A stretch of DNA of 63,106 nt, filler included, from Reticulomyxa filosa (lineage: Eukaryota > Protista > Foraminifera): the NCBI GenBank assembly GCA_000512085.1. It is 18 parts of 18 records of this genome, joined end to end, with 100 filler letters (N's around TTAATTAATTAA, not from the genome) between each part and the next. Parts side by side here need not be neighbours in the genome. Positions count along the whole stretch, not along the records: positions 1 to 9,305 come from ASPP01028708.1; positions 9,406 to 11,026 come from ASPP01002570.1; positions 11,127 to 12,187 come from ASPP01023315.1; 15 more parts are not named here. One strand, given 5' to 3'. Each line of letters begins with the position of its first letter. The stretch's first letter is position 1. Positions 1-12,287 of the stretch are shown one piece after another. A program made the position numbers and the translations under genes. Under the pieces are notes generated by a model. The model was not told the origin of the DNA, made no database searches, and worked only from the letters and a program-made list of their open reading frames with translations.

Positions 1-47
1 ATCGAAGTTGAAATAGCAAGATTGAAATATCGTGCAAATAAAAGGAA

Positions 48-2038
48 ATGGCACAAAAAGAGCAAATTAAACCGCCGGCCTTGGAAAGTACCGGAGAAGA
101 TGAGTCCAAAAATGAGGAGGAAGCAGAAGACCGAGTAATGCGCGATGTCGTCGCGCCGCCGCGTTTCCCGTTGGCACACAACAAATTGTTTCGAGCAGAT
201 GGAACAGTAGATTTGGAGTGTTTGGGAAAGCATTTGAACAAGGAAGGTCGACTTCGATTGGAAGACGCATTTTATTTAGTGAAAACATGCGCGGAGCTAT
301 TTAAAAAAGAGCCAAACTTGTTGCGTCTGAAAGATCCAATTACAGTATGTGGAGATGTACACGGACAATTTTTTGATTTGCTGCGACTGATGGAAGCAGG
401 AGGAGATCCAGCAGACACGCAATACTTATTCCTGGGTGACTACGTGGACAGGGGCTGCTTTTCGTGCGAGTGTGTGTTTTTCTTATGCGCACATAAAATC
501 ACATACAATAGCACTTTTTTCATGATTCGTGGGAATCATGAATGCAGACATTTGACCTCTTTTTTTAATTTCAAAGACGAATGTTAAGTCATATCTTGTT
601 CCTTTGTGTTTATATTGCAACAAAGAAAAAAAAAGGGGGGGGAGCACATATATCCATTTTATAATTTAAATAACAAAGTTATTTAAATTATAAAATGGAT
701 ATATGTGGTTTTTCCGAACTCTTGTTTTCTATGTTTTTGTTTGTGTATATGTTTGCATTTGATTTTTTTATATTCAGTTTATTACTTTTGCTTATTAATT
801 TTTCCCCTCCCTCTTTCACATACTGATAATTGCACGAATCAACAGGCACATACAAGTACAACTTGGAACTGTACGACGCAGTAATGGAATGCTTCGACAA
901 CTTGCCCATTGCCGCGACGATCAACGGCAAGTTTTTATGTTGCCATGGTGGACTATCTCCTGACATTAGCACGGTATGTTGAGAATTTTTTTTTTTTTTA
1001 ATGATAGTATACGTATTTTTTTTTTTTGAAGAAAAAAAGGAGAAGAATAATAAAAAAAAACTTTTTTTTTTTTTTTGAATTTATTATAAATTGAAAAAAC
1101 AATTTTTTTAATAACGTTTCAAAAAAAAAAAAAAAAAAAAAAAAGGTTCAAGACATTGAGGAATTGGACCGATTTCAAGAGGTGCCCCGGGAAGGGGCGT
1201 TTTGCGACCTGTTGTGGTCGGACCCCGTGGATGAGGACAAGAACAAGGACGAGGAAGACTATAACAACGACGAGTCGACCGAACCGACGACGTGGTTTGC
1301 ATACAACGAGACGCGACAATGCTCGTACGTGTTCGGGGTGGATGCGGTGGTGACGTTTTTGAAGAAGAATAATCTGACAGCGATAATCCGCGCACACGAA
1401 GCGCAGTTTGACGGATACAAGATGCAATTTGTGAACGAGCAGACTGGTATTCCACGGGTGATTACGATATTTTCGGCGCCGAATTATTGCGATGTGTACA
1501 AGAACAAGGGCGCGTGTCTGAAGTTTGACGACGAGCTGCTGAATATTCGGCAATTTGTCAACTCGCCTCATCCCTATTACTTGCCCAATTTCATGGATGT
1601 GTTCACGTGGTCGCTGCCTTTTGTCGCCGAAAAAGTAACGGATATGCTGCACAGCATCTTGGCATTCGACGCCGCGGATGACGAAGAGATCGATCATGAA
1701 GCGGCTGTGAAGACCCAAGGGCCTTCCGAAGTCCTTCGCAAAAAAGGGGGCGTCTTGAAAGCAAAGTGCTGGCCGTCACCAAACTCATGCGAATGTATCA
1801 GGTGTTGAAAGAAAACCAGGACAATATCGTCAAACTCAAACAGCTGTCCCCTCGTGGACACTTGCCATCAGGAGTACTGCAAGGCGGGCAAGCAGCCATT
1901 GAAAAGGCTTTGTCCAGTTTCAATGAGGCTAAACGCGCTGATAAGTCCAATGATGCCATGCCTTCCCAAGAAAAAACTAGCAAATCACCACGCAAAAATA
2001 CTGGTCAAATCTTTTATCGCGCTGAAAAAGATACGTAA
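48..2038 (+). CDS. CNA1: Calcineurin (PP2B) catalytic subunit A; exons 48-582, 846-973, 1146-2038, with a 1-nt frameshift near 1763
   Basis: PPP motifs GDVHGQ, GDYVDRG, RGNHE, HGGLSP and FSAPNY. CnB-binding region [23 protein letters not shown], CaM-binding-like segment [19 protein letters not shown] and autoinhibitory-like [20 protein letters not shown] introns 583-845 and 974-1145 join the frames. Confidence 0.95.
645..707. repeat. Perfect 30-bp inverted repeat with a 3-nt loop in calcineurin intron 1
   Basis: cacatatatccattttataatttaaataac-aaa-gttatttaaattataaaatggatatatgtg. Confidence 0.95.
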
Positions 2039-4473
2039 AAAATTCCTGATTTTTTTTTCTTTTTGCTGCATTTTTTTTTTTTTACCCCCTTTTTTTTTTT
2101 CGTACATTCCATCATGCGATTCTGAAGCTTTTGCTTCAATAATCCCCTTTTTTTTTTTTTGAGATTTCTTTTTTTGGTTATCACTTGAATAAATTGTCTA
2201 TGTCTCTTTGTTTTTTGTTTCGTTTTGTTGTTAATTTTCCTTTTTTTTTTGTGTGTGTAAATTGACTTTGCACAATTGCTCTAAAAATTACTAGCAACCG
2301 TGTCAAGACTAGCCAAGGTATCTTAAATGAAAAAAATAATAGCAAAGGTTGAACAAATGCAAATGACATGTATAACTCACAATTGGTCCAAATGTCATTA
2401 ATTTAACCATGCTCGTATCCATCTTCGATTTTTAAAAAAATTGTTTGTTTTTTGTTGTTGTGCTGATTTTTAATTGTCAGCATTTGCGGTTTTTTTATAT
2501 AACTTCGACTTTCATACACTTGGTGGGTTTTCTTTTGTGAAGAAGATTTGTCATTATTCCAAAAAATTAAAATAACAGACAGAAGCAAAAAACAAGAGAT
2601 AGACTCATATTTCTCAAATTGTAGCTAATTTCGCATATCAGCCTTTGTTTTAACAAGTGCAAAAATGTCCTTTTTTTAAATACCCCGTCATTTGTTGCTT
2701 GTCTTGTTCTGAAGTATTCAGTTTGTAAGAGTGAGGTAAGGTTACTACCTGCTATAAGGCAATTAAACTGGCCAAGCTTTAACTCCACGTTTTTGCCGTG
2801 GTTTGTACCTATAAAAACAGCCGATTGAGCAAAAAATAAGCAATTATAAAGCAAAATGTTATGTACAAGCAATCCTTTTTAAAAAAATTGTGAAGATCAA
2901 TTAATCATATCACAAAGTACTTGAAATCTAGCACGAATAGCACTCGTGCGCTTCTAATAGTGAAAGTGCATTGTTTATTGATACCAAAACATTCAATTAG
3001 TTAATCAGCTAATTTTTCTCAGCTCCCGAAATTGCGTAAGCTGGCAATATTTTTCACTATTTGTTTAGATCACAGATGAAAGATTCGAAGTGAATGCATT
3101 AAACAATTGCATAGCCTCTGGCAATGCACTTTATCTGCTTACATACACGAAACAAGTCTTTCAACGATCAAAAAAAAATTTTCAAATTCCGTCTTTTGAT
3201 TCCTATTTCGTTAAAAAAATTTTTTAAAGACATTTCTAGCGTGTCTTATTAATGACAAATTGGAACACATGTTAATTTTTATGAAACACAAATCTCTTTA
3301 CTTTCGCTGGATTATAATCAAGAATTTTTTTTGTTTATTTATTTTACGGAATATCGAACAAACAAATCCGTACATTTTTTGGTTGAATAAGAAAGAAATG
3401 CAATACAAATATTCATCTTGGTTTTATTCGAACAATCCGTCATTATATGTTTGGCAGTTTCTACATTTTTGCACTAATTTTCACAAATCATCTATATCAT
3501 TTTGATGCGACAGTTAATAAAACGTATAATGGTAATAAACGTCATTGGATTCGTACAAACATTGAAGAAAAGTTTACACGCGGCAATAGAAATAAAGCGA
3601 TGTGATAAAATATTGTTTGCAATATTAAATCGATGCAAAATGAGAAGCGCATTTTATAATTGTGCTTCTCATTTGATTAAGTTTTGTTGGCAAAAAACAA
3701 TTTTACAATGTCTAATTGTACAAACTGAAAATAACATAATCTAAATTCTGTCAGTAATTCAATACGCTGACTTTTATTCTTTCGCAAAAAAGTTATCAAA
3801 ATTGTTATTTATAATGTTTGTTAGACAAAATGTTTTTATAAGACAGTCAATAAATGATTTCATACTGTCATTTTTTAGCACACAAAATCTCATTTTATTT
3901 AAAAATATTTTTTGAAAACAAGATTAAAAAAAAGTGTCGTGAATGTACACGAAAATACTAATATATCTGCTTATTTTCATTTGGTCTACAATATAAAAAA
4001 ATTATATTATACTATATACACTTGCTTTGCACATTCATATTTTCAACATACATAATTATATTAAATTTCGAAATCTATATATATTTAGGTTCCCAGAAAA
4101 AGTATCACATGCAACACACTTTTTATAAACAATTATTTTCAGTAACATAATTTTTTTCAATAAAAGATGCTATTTTACTTACAAAATTTATTAGAGAAAT
4201 CGTTTTAGCTAATTTGGTGACAATACATTAGTAGATTGAATTTCATATTTGTTATTTTAAAAATTGATAAAAGTAGTGTCAATTAACAACACAAAACATA
4301 ACCACTTGTATAAAAAATCCATTTTCCTCTCAGTTAGCACAAGTTAGTTGCGTATCCAGTAAATATACAGCCAAAGTTTTATGTTTTACTTCAAAGGTTA
4401 GGCACAAGGGACACCAACATTCTTGCCAGCTTCGAATTTTTGACAGTTGTAATCAACCCTACTGCAATCAAAT

Positions 4474-4782
4474 ATGGGTTTTAAGCAACATTGGGCAAAA
4501 CATAAAAAACCAGGCACATGGTGCAAAGGCACTCGAAGATGGTAAGCTTTAAAACAAAACAAACTGTTTGGTCTCAACAAACTTAATACATGATTTTTTC
4601 AGCCGTGTTTGTCGCAACTCAAGAGGTCTGATTCGCAAGTACCATTTATTTATTTGCCGTCGATGTTTTCGTGAGAAGGCCAATGCCATTGGATTTAGAA
4701 AAGTTTTGGATGCTTTTTTCATTTTTTTTTTGTTGGTGGATCTAATGCGCTGTTGCGTATACATTTTAAACAGCTGGACTAA
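4474..4782 (+). CDS. RPS29: 40S ribosomal protein S29 (uS14); exons 4474-4541, 4603-4702, 4774-4782
   Basis: The spliced product [58 protein letters not shown] has the CxxC...CRxCFRE zinc finger. A 5'UTR intron is possible at ~4397-4446. Confidence 0.93.
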
Positions 4783-5315
4783 TCCCTCGAGTGAACATCA
4801 ACCAAAAAATAACAACACAAGAAGCTGTATTCTAAACCAAAACAGTGCCAACACGAAAAACTAACGCAAAAAAACACAAAATTGTTTTGCTTTTTTAAGT
4901 TATTTTGGAGAAAGTGGCTGCACTTTTTTTTGCTTTAATGCATTGAAACCAATTTTGTTTGGTTCCAAGATAAACTGAAATATTTAGAGGGAAACAATCA
5001 AAAGGGACAATTGCAAAACAGCTTTTTTAAGCATATTCTAACAACAAATTTTTTGTTGTTCCTTTTGTAATTCCAAAGGGGAAAAATATTCGATCTATTT
5101 TTTTTTGTAATTCCTCCTATACTTCACGCAAGTGTACTAGAGTGTTAATAACCAATTATTTTTCATTGTACCAAAAATGTTATTTTAATACTTCCTGTTA
5201 CATCAACCAGCATAAAAATTAAACATTTGTTTCATTCATACACAATTGCACAGGTTTAAACAAACCCCTTGAGCGTCTGCTTCGTATTTCCAAGTAATCG
5301 ACCTCATACAACATC

Positions 5316-6855
5316 ATGGTACTTCGAGCGCTTATTTTGATTGGTGGATATGGTACCAGACTTCGTCCATTGACGTTTACAAAACCGAAACCTTTGGTGG
5401 AGTTTGCGAACAAACCAATTGTGATCCATCAAATCGAAGCGCTTGCGGCTGCTGGTGTGAAGGAAATAATTCTTGCAGTATCTTACCGATCGAAAGCATT
5501 ACAACAGGAACTGGACTATTATGGCAAACAAGTTAAGAACGGGAACGGAACACACAAGTTTTTTTGCAAAAATATAAAAAGATAAAACGTGTATGAACTG
5601 GGAATGAATGGCAACAGTTAGGAGTAAAAATAATCTTCAGTTTGGAAACGGAACCAATGGGGACAGCAGGGCCAATCGCCTTGGCACGAAAGTTGTTGAA
5701 CGAGGAGGATAAAGACCCCTTTTTTATGTTGAATGCTGACGTCATTGCCCATTACCAATTCGATAAGCTGTTGGAATTCCATCTGAAACACGGCCGAGAA
5801 GGCACTTTGTATGTCACACAAGTTAAAGATCCTTCTCGATATGGTGTCGTTGTTTCCAAGGAAAACGGTCAAATTACCAACTTTGTCGAAAAGCCCACTG
5901 GTATTTCATCTCCACTTGCCAACACAACATAAGCCATCAACAATCTCTTTGTTGTGGCGTATATGTGTACGTTTATTTTATTTTATTTTATTTTTTGGTA
6001 TGCATTATATTTTTTTCCTATGTTTGTATCTTTTTTTTTATCTGCTATTCCATGGCGGGGGTGCAAATACAAAGAATTGAAGTATGGAAACCACATTAAC
6101 GCTGGTTTGTATGTGTTCAATAAATCGATGATGAAGCGAATTGAACAAAAACCAACTTCAATTGAAATTGATATATTTCCTGTCATGGCAAAAGACGGTG
6201 AATTGTTCCGCTTGGAATTAGATTCATTTTGGATGGACGTCGGAAAGCCTTCAGATTTCATTAAAGGACAGCTTAGTTGTTAACATTTCATTTTTTTTTT
6301 AAATTTATAAATTGCACGTTATGTTCACTTTTTTTTTTTTTTTGGTTATAATACAGGAGCATGTACTTGGAAGAAATCGCCAAAATGAAAGACTCTCGCT
6401 TATGTCCTAGCAAACAAGGCATCATTGGTCATGTAATTATTGATTCATCTGCAAAATTTTCTCCTACTGCAGTGATTGGACCAGATGTTGTCATTGGGCC
6501 AAATGTCACTATTGGTGCCAATGTTAGAATTAAAAATTCCACCATCTTGGCAAACACAAGTATCTTGGATGGGGCCTATATTGATGGTTCCATTGTCGGT
6601 TGGAAATCTCGCATTGGACGATGGGTTAAGTGCATAAGATGTATTCTATCGTCGGTCATAGCATCAACATTTTTTTTCTATTGTTATTTTTAATACGTTT
6701 TGTTACTCTTGGTGAAACAGGCTCGTCTTCAAGCTCTTTGTATTCTAGGAGAAGATGTGTCAGTAAAAGATGAAGTATGTTTGTTTGGAACTACTGTCTG
6801 TCCGCACAAGGACGTGAAAGAAAATCATTTGAAGGAAGGAGATGTTTTGCTGTAA
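5316..6855 (+). CDS. GMPPB: Mannose-1-phosphate guanylyltransferase (GDP-mannose pyrophosphorylase), 5 exons
   Basis: [64 protein letters not shown] and a C-terminal hexapeptide beta-helix. Intron 3 (6271-6356) needs a GC donor. Confidence 0.95.
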
Positions 6856-7341
6856 TAATTTCCCCCGTCTTATATATTTCATGTTTTTGTTTTATTTTTT
6901 AATTTTTTATTTTTTTTTTTGGCAAAGCGCAAAAATTGAGAAGTTAACTTTTATCGTAAATTCTTGTTACTCGGTGCCATGAAGAAAAGTAATAGAAAAA
7001 ACAGGCACAAATCCCTATCCTTTTTATATTTTAAGAGCATAGGCAATCAAAAACTTTCCTGGTAGTTTAGATAAATATTCTATAATAAAATATTGAATTT
7101 AGTAAACAAGACTTACATAAGCAAAACAAAAACAAAAAAAGACAAATTGGCTCAAAATTGCGGCCACATTTGTCGTCCATTATTTGTTTTTTTGTTGTGT
7201 ATACCCAAACACTTTTGAAAATATTTGAAGCAGATTGATTTAAAATTGACTCCAGGAAGAAAAAGCAAAAGAAAAAACAAAACACAGTAACAATAATGAC
7301 ATAAATTGGTTTTTTTTCTCCCTCTCTCTTCTTACTTTACT

Positions 7342-9305
7342 TTATTGTCGTTGTTCAAAAACAGTTTGTATTTGTTCTCTCACAGCGTCCTCACAGTTTT
7401 TTTGCTGTATTTGATCAGAAAGGGACAACAATTGCCTATTTGCACCAGTGTGATTTTTCTCATCAAGTGCTTTGGCAATTTCTAAAGCTTTGTTAGCATA
7501 TTCTTGAGCTTTGTCTGGTTTTTCCAAGTGATGATAAACATTCGTCATTTGAACATATCCATCAAAATGTGTTTTGTGCAATTCAATCATTCGTTTGGCA
7601 TGAACGGCACATTGTTGCCATCTTTTTTTATGGAAATGAGTTAATATTAGATCAATCAATAGTTTATGTGCGCTTATTTCAATTCGGATACATTCTTGCA
7701 AAGCTTCAAGTTCTTGCGCACTTTCAATGTACTCATGAAGATTGTCCATTGTCAATTCCATCTTTTCCCACTCGATTTTTTTTTTCAAGTTCTCAGGACT
7801 GTTGTCTTTATTTTCTTGTGCATTTGATTCTGGCATATCTTGTTCAAGCATCAATTCTTTTTCTTCTGCCTCTTTTTGTTTTTCATCTTTGGCTCTGTGG
7901 ATCAATCCGCACATGATTTTGGGAGACAGAAAAAAAAAAAAAAAAGACATGCCTTTGTTGACAATATGTTTGTAACAATTGATTACAATATTCAATACAT
8001 TTGAGATAGTGATGTTCACTTCTCTTGGCTTTATTGAGAAAGTAGTGATTGATTTTCCCCAAGCCCAAGTGTGGTCTTGTGTTCAATGGAGAATATCGTA
8101 GAGTGACCCGATAATGTTGTTTGGCTTTTTCGATCCTCTCCATTTGGGATTGTCTCTTGCGAACTTCGTTTCCAGAGGTGCCCGAAAGTGGCGGAGCGGC
8201 TCGTTCTCTGTCGATTTCGGTCATGGACGCACCTGGAGTGTCCGAAGTGGCAGACGAAATTGATTTGTTTACGTCCAGGGCACTCGAGCTGCTACTGTTG
8301 GTAATCTATTTTGGGGAGTGAGAGAATACTGTTTAATTTCAAGCAAAATAAGCACACACACACACTTTTTTTTTTGCAGAAAATCCAATTTTTCTTTTTG
8401 ATAATTGGGATTGGGATTGAGAAAAAAGCAAGGCTTGCATTTCTTCTTCGACGATGCAGTCGGCCAAGCCGCAGTGCATTTTGACCAAAGCCCAAACAGG
8501 TAAAGGCAGTTCATCTGCTTGTGGTGCAGCATTGTTATTCGCAGACCGATTTTGCGAAGCAGCGAAAGAATGATGTAACACTTGTTTAACCAAATCAACC
8601 GAGATTTGGAAATGGTGTTCGGCCTTAAAGAATTGTTTATTGGCGCGATAAATATCTCCCAAGAGTTGGTGAACATGGGCTTTGTTAATAAAATTCTGGG
8701 AATTTTCTTTTTGCAAGTATTGCAGCAAGTGATACTCGGCCAAGGAGAAATTTTTGAGTTTTTCGACCAAGTACTTGCCATAATAGTAATGTGCGCTAAT
8801 GCAATTGGGGTCATACTCCAAGGCCGCCTTCAAGTTTCTCTCGGCCTCATTGCTATATTGGAACATCATGAGCAGCAGCCCGCCATAGTCGGACTTGCAC
8901 TGTCCGAGGAGCTTGCGAAACTTGGCGTGCATCATCTCATTGTACTTGCGATCGTTGATAAGCGCCTGCAGCTTTTCGTATTTGACGTAGTGACAAATAT
9001 TGGACATCTTCACGACACGTCCATGCGTCTCCTCTTCTTTCGCACGGTCCTTCATCAGCTGCGCTTCGAACTTGCGCTCGTCGTCGATTATGTCCTCCAA
9101 GCGGTCATGCACCCGTCGGAAGATCGATATTGCGCGCTGCAAGTGAATCTCCGCCGTCGTCGTGTCTTGGAAGTGCAGCCACAAAATGTTCCCCAAGTTG
9201 TGATGCGCCTCGCAATGGTTCGGATTCAATTCCAATGCTTTCTTCCAGCACATTGCTGCAAATGAAACGGATGCTGTTTTGTCATTCGATGTTGAGGCTG
9301 AGGCC
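7342..9305 (-). CDS. Multi-exon TPR-repeat protein, 5'-truncated by the contig end
   Basis: TPR-like segments WKKALELNPNHCEAHHNLG, LKAALEYDPNCISAHYYYG and HYRVTLRYSPLNTRPHLGLG lie in successive minus-strand ORFs. Confidence 0.75.
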
Positions 9306-9405
9306 NNNNNNNNNNNNNNNNNNNNNNNNNNNNNNNNNNNNNNNNNNNNTTAATTAATTAANNNNNNNNNNNNNNNNNNNNNNNNNNNNNNNNNNNNNNN
9401 NNNNN
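9306..9405. other. Artificial contig linker, first of 17 (others start at 11027, 12188, 13427, 21193, 22640, 31700, 32837, 34038, 36325, 38936, 41590, 49105, 51707, 55348, 60502, 61789)
   Basis: Identical 100-nt N-run/TTAATTAATTAA/N-run that places stops in all six frames. Confidence 0.99.
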
Positions 9406-9964
9406 TCGCGCCAAATAATATGCTTCTCCTCCAATCAGTCCAACGCACACGCTTATCACCAATGCAATCGACCACTTTGGAGTCTCACTGGATCGCGTTG
9501 CGTCACATATGCGTACGTATGTGCATATATGTATGTGTGTATACGTTATAAGGTATGCCCACGTGCAGAAGAAAACAAAATACAAACCTGTACTGTGTCT
9601 CAGGTTGGAACATTTTAACGATTCGTAACCAATAGAAGAAATAAATGGACAACCGTTGACCAATCACAAATATACTCATTACATTTGACTCTAGACAATC
9701 ATGCTGTTCACTTGGCAGTGCTTTTGTAACTACAGACACATAGTCCACCAAGACGGCCGAGGAAAACACTGCTGTGCACATCGATGCCATGATTAGACAG
9801 TATTGGTAATATTTACTTGTTGCTTCCGGAGGAGGGCGGCAACAGAATAAGTACAACACCCGACCAAGCAAGAGAAGACTGCAAATCACTATGAATGGCA
9901 TCCAAATCAAGCAAGCTATTGCCTCATGCTTGCTATGGAAATTCTCTTTCCATGCAAATACCAT
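9406..9964 (-). CDS. Multi-pass membrane protein (possibly 7TM-like), 3'-truncated
   Basis: Several hydrophobic segments (IACLIWMPFIVICSLLLLG, CLIMASMCTAVFSSAVLV, IFVIGQRLSIYFFYW). After an intron it continues as SSETPKWSIALVISVCVGLIG. Confidence 0.5.
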
Positions 9965-10246
9965 TATGTTTGTTTCACTTCCCCCTTTCTGACAGTTGTT
10001 CTTTTAAAAAAAATGGAGCGCTTTTGTCACTTTATTGTTGAAATTGTACTTTCAGATATGAAACGAGTAAACAACGTAACATTTTTTGCCATAAAAAAAG
10101 AAAATTAATATTATAACAACATTTCTTTGTGCTGAAAGAAATCTGAATATTTGATAGTAAAGATGCACAGAAGCACTTTAATATTACGCTGACAATAGCA
10201 ATACTTCTCGCTAGTTAAATAATATGCTTTAATATTAAATGGACAA

Positions 10247-10416
10247 TTGATGTGCAATCGACAGCTAAAAAAAAGATTCATCTAAATGAACTCATATGAA
10301 GGTTCATGTGTTCAAAATTCTTTTGAATAAATGTTAATTTTTTGTGAAGGAACACACGAATCTTCATATGAGTTCATTTTAGATGAACTTTTTTTTAGCT
10401 GTCGATTGTACATCAA
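10247..10416. repeat. Near-perfect ~67-bp inverted repeat (MITE-like or hairpin RNA)
   Basis: Arms 10247-10313 and 10350-10416 are reverse complements with 3 substitutions and 2 single-nt indels; the loop is 36 nt. Confidence 0.9.
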
Positions 10417-10651
10417 ATAAATGAAAAGGTATATTGTTAAAACAAAAGTAGTGTTTGAGTGAACTTTTTTTGCCACGAAATCTGAAATATTATCTCTTGT
10501 TTCATTTAGCCATAGGTATTAATTATTTGCGCCTCTATGTCTCTTTTTTAAAAAAATGTCAAGAAACAAACCAATGGATCTAGACAAAAAGTAGCACTCT
10601 TGTGCGTGAACGTAAAAACAAAACAAAAAAAAGCAAATGGGCAAAGAATAA

Positions 10652-10885
10652 ATGGCAGCGAAAATAGAATCAACGAACAAATTTGAGCAGCACCGACTCA
10701 GTCAGAAATCGGTGCCACTGAATGACTTTAGTAAAGCAGTGCAATACAAGGTGAACGACGAAACAGTGAGCGGTTTGGTGGACCACGTTGCACATCATCA
10801 TAAATTTGCAGATGAATTGAGCAATGTTGCAGAATTGAATGAGTGTATATCGCAAGCTGATAATTACATCCACACTTTGTTTTGT
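10652..10885 (+). CDS. First exon of a gene with weak resemblance to the CYFIP/Sra1 N-terminus
   Basis: DHVAHHHKFADELSNVAELNECISQADNYIHTLF resembles the CYFIP segment preceding YTWRS (recalled, not aligned). The contig ends in the next intron. Confidence 0.35.
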
Positions 10886-11449
10886 AAAACTCTTTTTCTC
10901 TCCCGAATAAAAAACTGTGAAAAATAGTATGATCCAGCCCAATTAATAAAAAAAAGTACACCTTTTTTTTTATAAAAAATATCAATAATAGTAATTTATA
11001 ATAAGAAAAAAGGGCACATAATGATTNNNNNNNNNNNNNNNNNNNNNNNNNNNNNNNNNNNNNNNNNNNNTTAATTAATTAANNNNNNNNNNNNNNNNNN
11101 NNNNNNNNNNNNNNNNNNNNNNNNNNTTTGTAATACAACTTGAAACGTCGAAGATTGATGCTTTGCTTTCTTTGTAATTTCATCCGTCTTTCGTTTTATG
11201 GCTATTCGTATTTGCCAGCATGGCTTGCAGTAGAGCCGATTGGGGTAAAAACACCCTCTCACACAAGTTGCCCGTTGCTAGTAAAAGGGTTACTATCTCA
11301 GTTGCCAGGAGTTTGCACCACGGTACACTAAAGCAACTGAGGACGCGATAAGTTTTAAAGTACTTTCACTAGTAAAAATTTTTTTTTTATAGTGATATAT
11401 AAATTTTTTTATAGTTAAAAATTTTCTTTCTTTCTTGGTCCGGAACTTT

Positions 11450-12187
11450 CTTGGACTAGACGACGTTTGAGATACTTTACTTTCAAAATCTCCTTCAAAA
11501 CTTAAGAAAACTTAAGAGATGTCGAGGTATCTTGACACTTCAACCGCAATCTCTTCAAAATAATATTAATGATGAAGGGGATATATTAATATTTTTATTT
11601 TTATTGGTAGAATATTTGGTATTGGATATGAATCTGGTTCGACTGTCGACACTCCAGCATCAGCTTCATGGATTCATCCACGGGATAATGTCGATAATTT
11701 ATCAATACATGATTATAACTTAAATGAGTCTTTGGTCTTGATTCATTCTAAATCTTGTAACACAAGATAATGGCCATTGAATCGACCTGACCATCTGATA
11801 TATTTGTGATATAGCTTCACATCTTCTTGTCTTCGTCGAAATTCAAGAGGAGGAAGTTGTGAAATAGCATTGACTGGTTCATTACACCAAGAATTCTACA
11901 CATTGCTGCAATGATTGCAATTGAAAATATTGCTTTCGGAACTCCAGTATTGAATTCCAATCTGAATTAGTTCCATTCAATACAACTCTTCCTGATAAGT
12001 TTAATCTATTTCTTCAAACACTATCATACGCTGCAGAGACCAATTGTCGCTTCTCCAGCTTCAATAACACATTTGGTCCAAGATTCGACTGCTTTATCCA
12101 AAGAATCTTGATACAATTATTAATATTTGTTGCTTCTCAGATTCCAAGTTTATTGTTCAATTCGTGATCTGAGCGCAAAAAAAAAAA
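11450..12187 (-). mobile_element. Decayed non-LTR retrotransposon, post-RT region
   Basis: The minus strand reads NAISQLPPLEFRRRQEDVKLYHK, an LPPLxxRR motif typical downstream of LINE RT domains. Many stops and frameshifts. Confidence 0.45.
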
Positions 12188-12287
12188 NNNNNNNNNNNNN
12201 NNNNNNNNNNNNNNNNNNNNNNNNNNNNNNNTTAATTAATTAANNNNNNNNNNNNNNNNNNNNNNNNNNNNNNNNNNNNNNNNNNNN

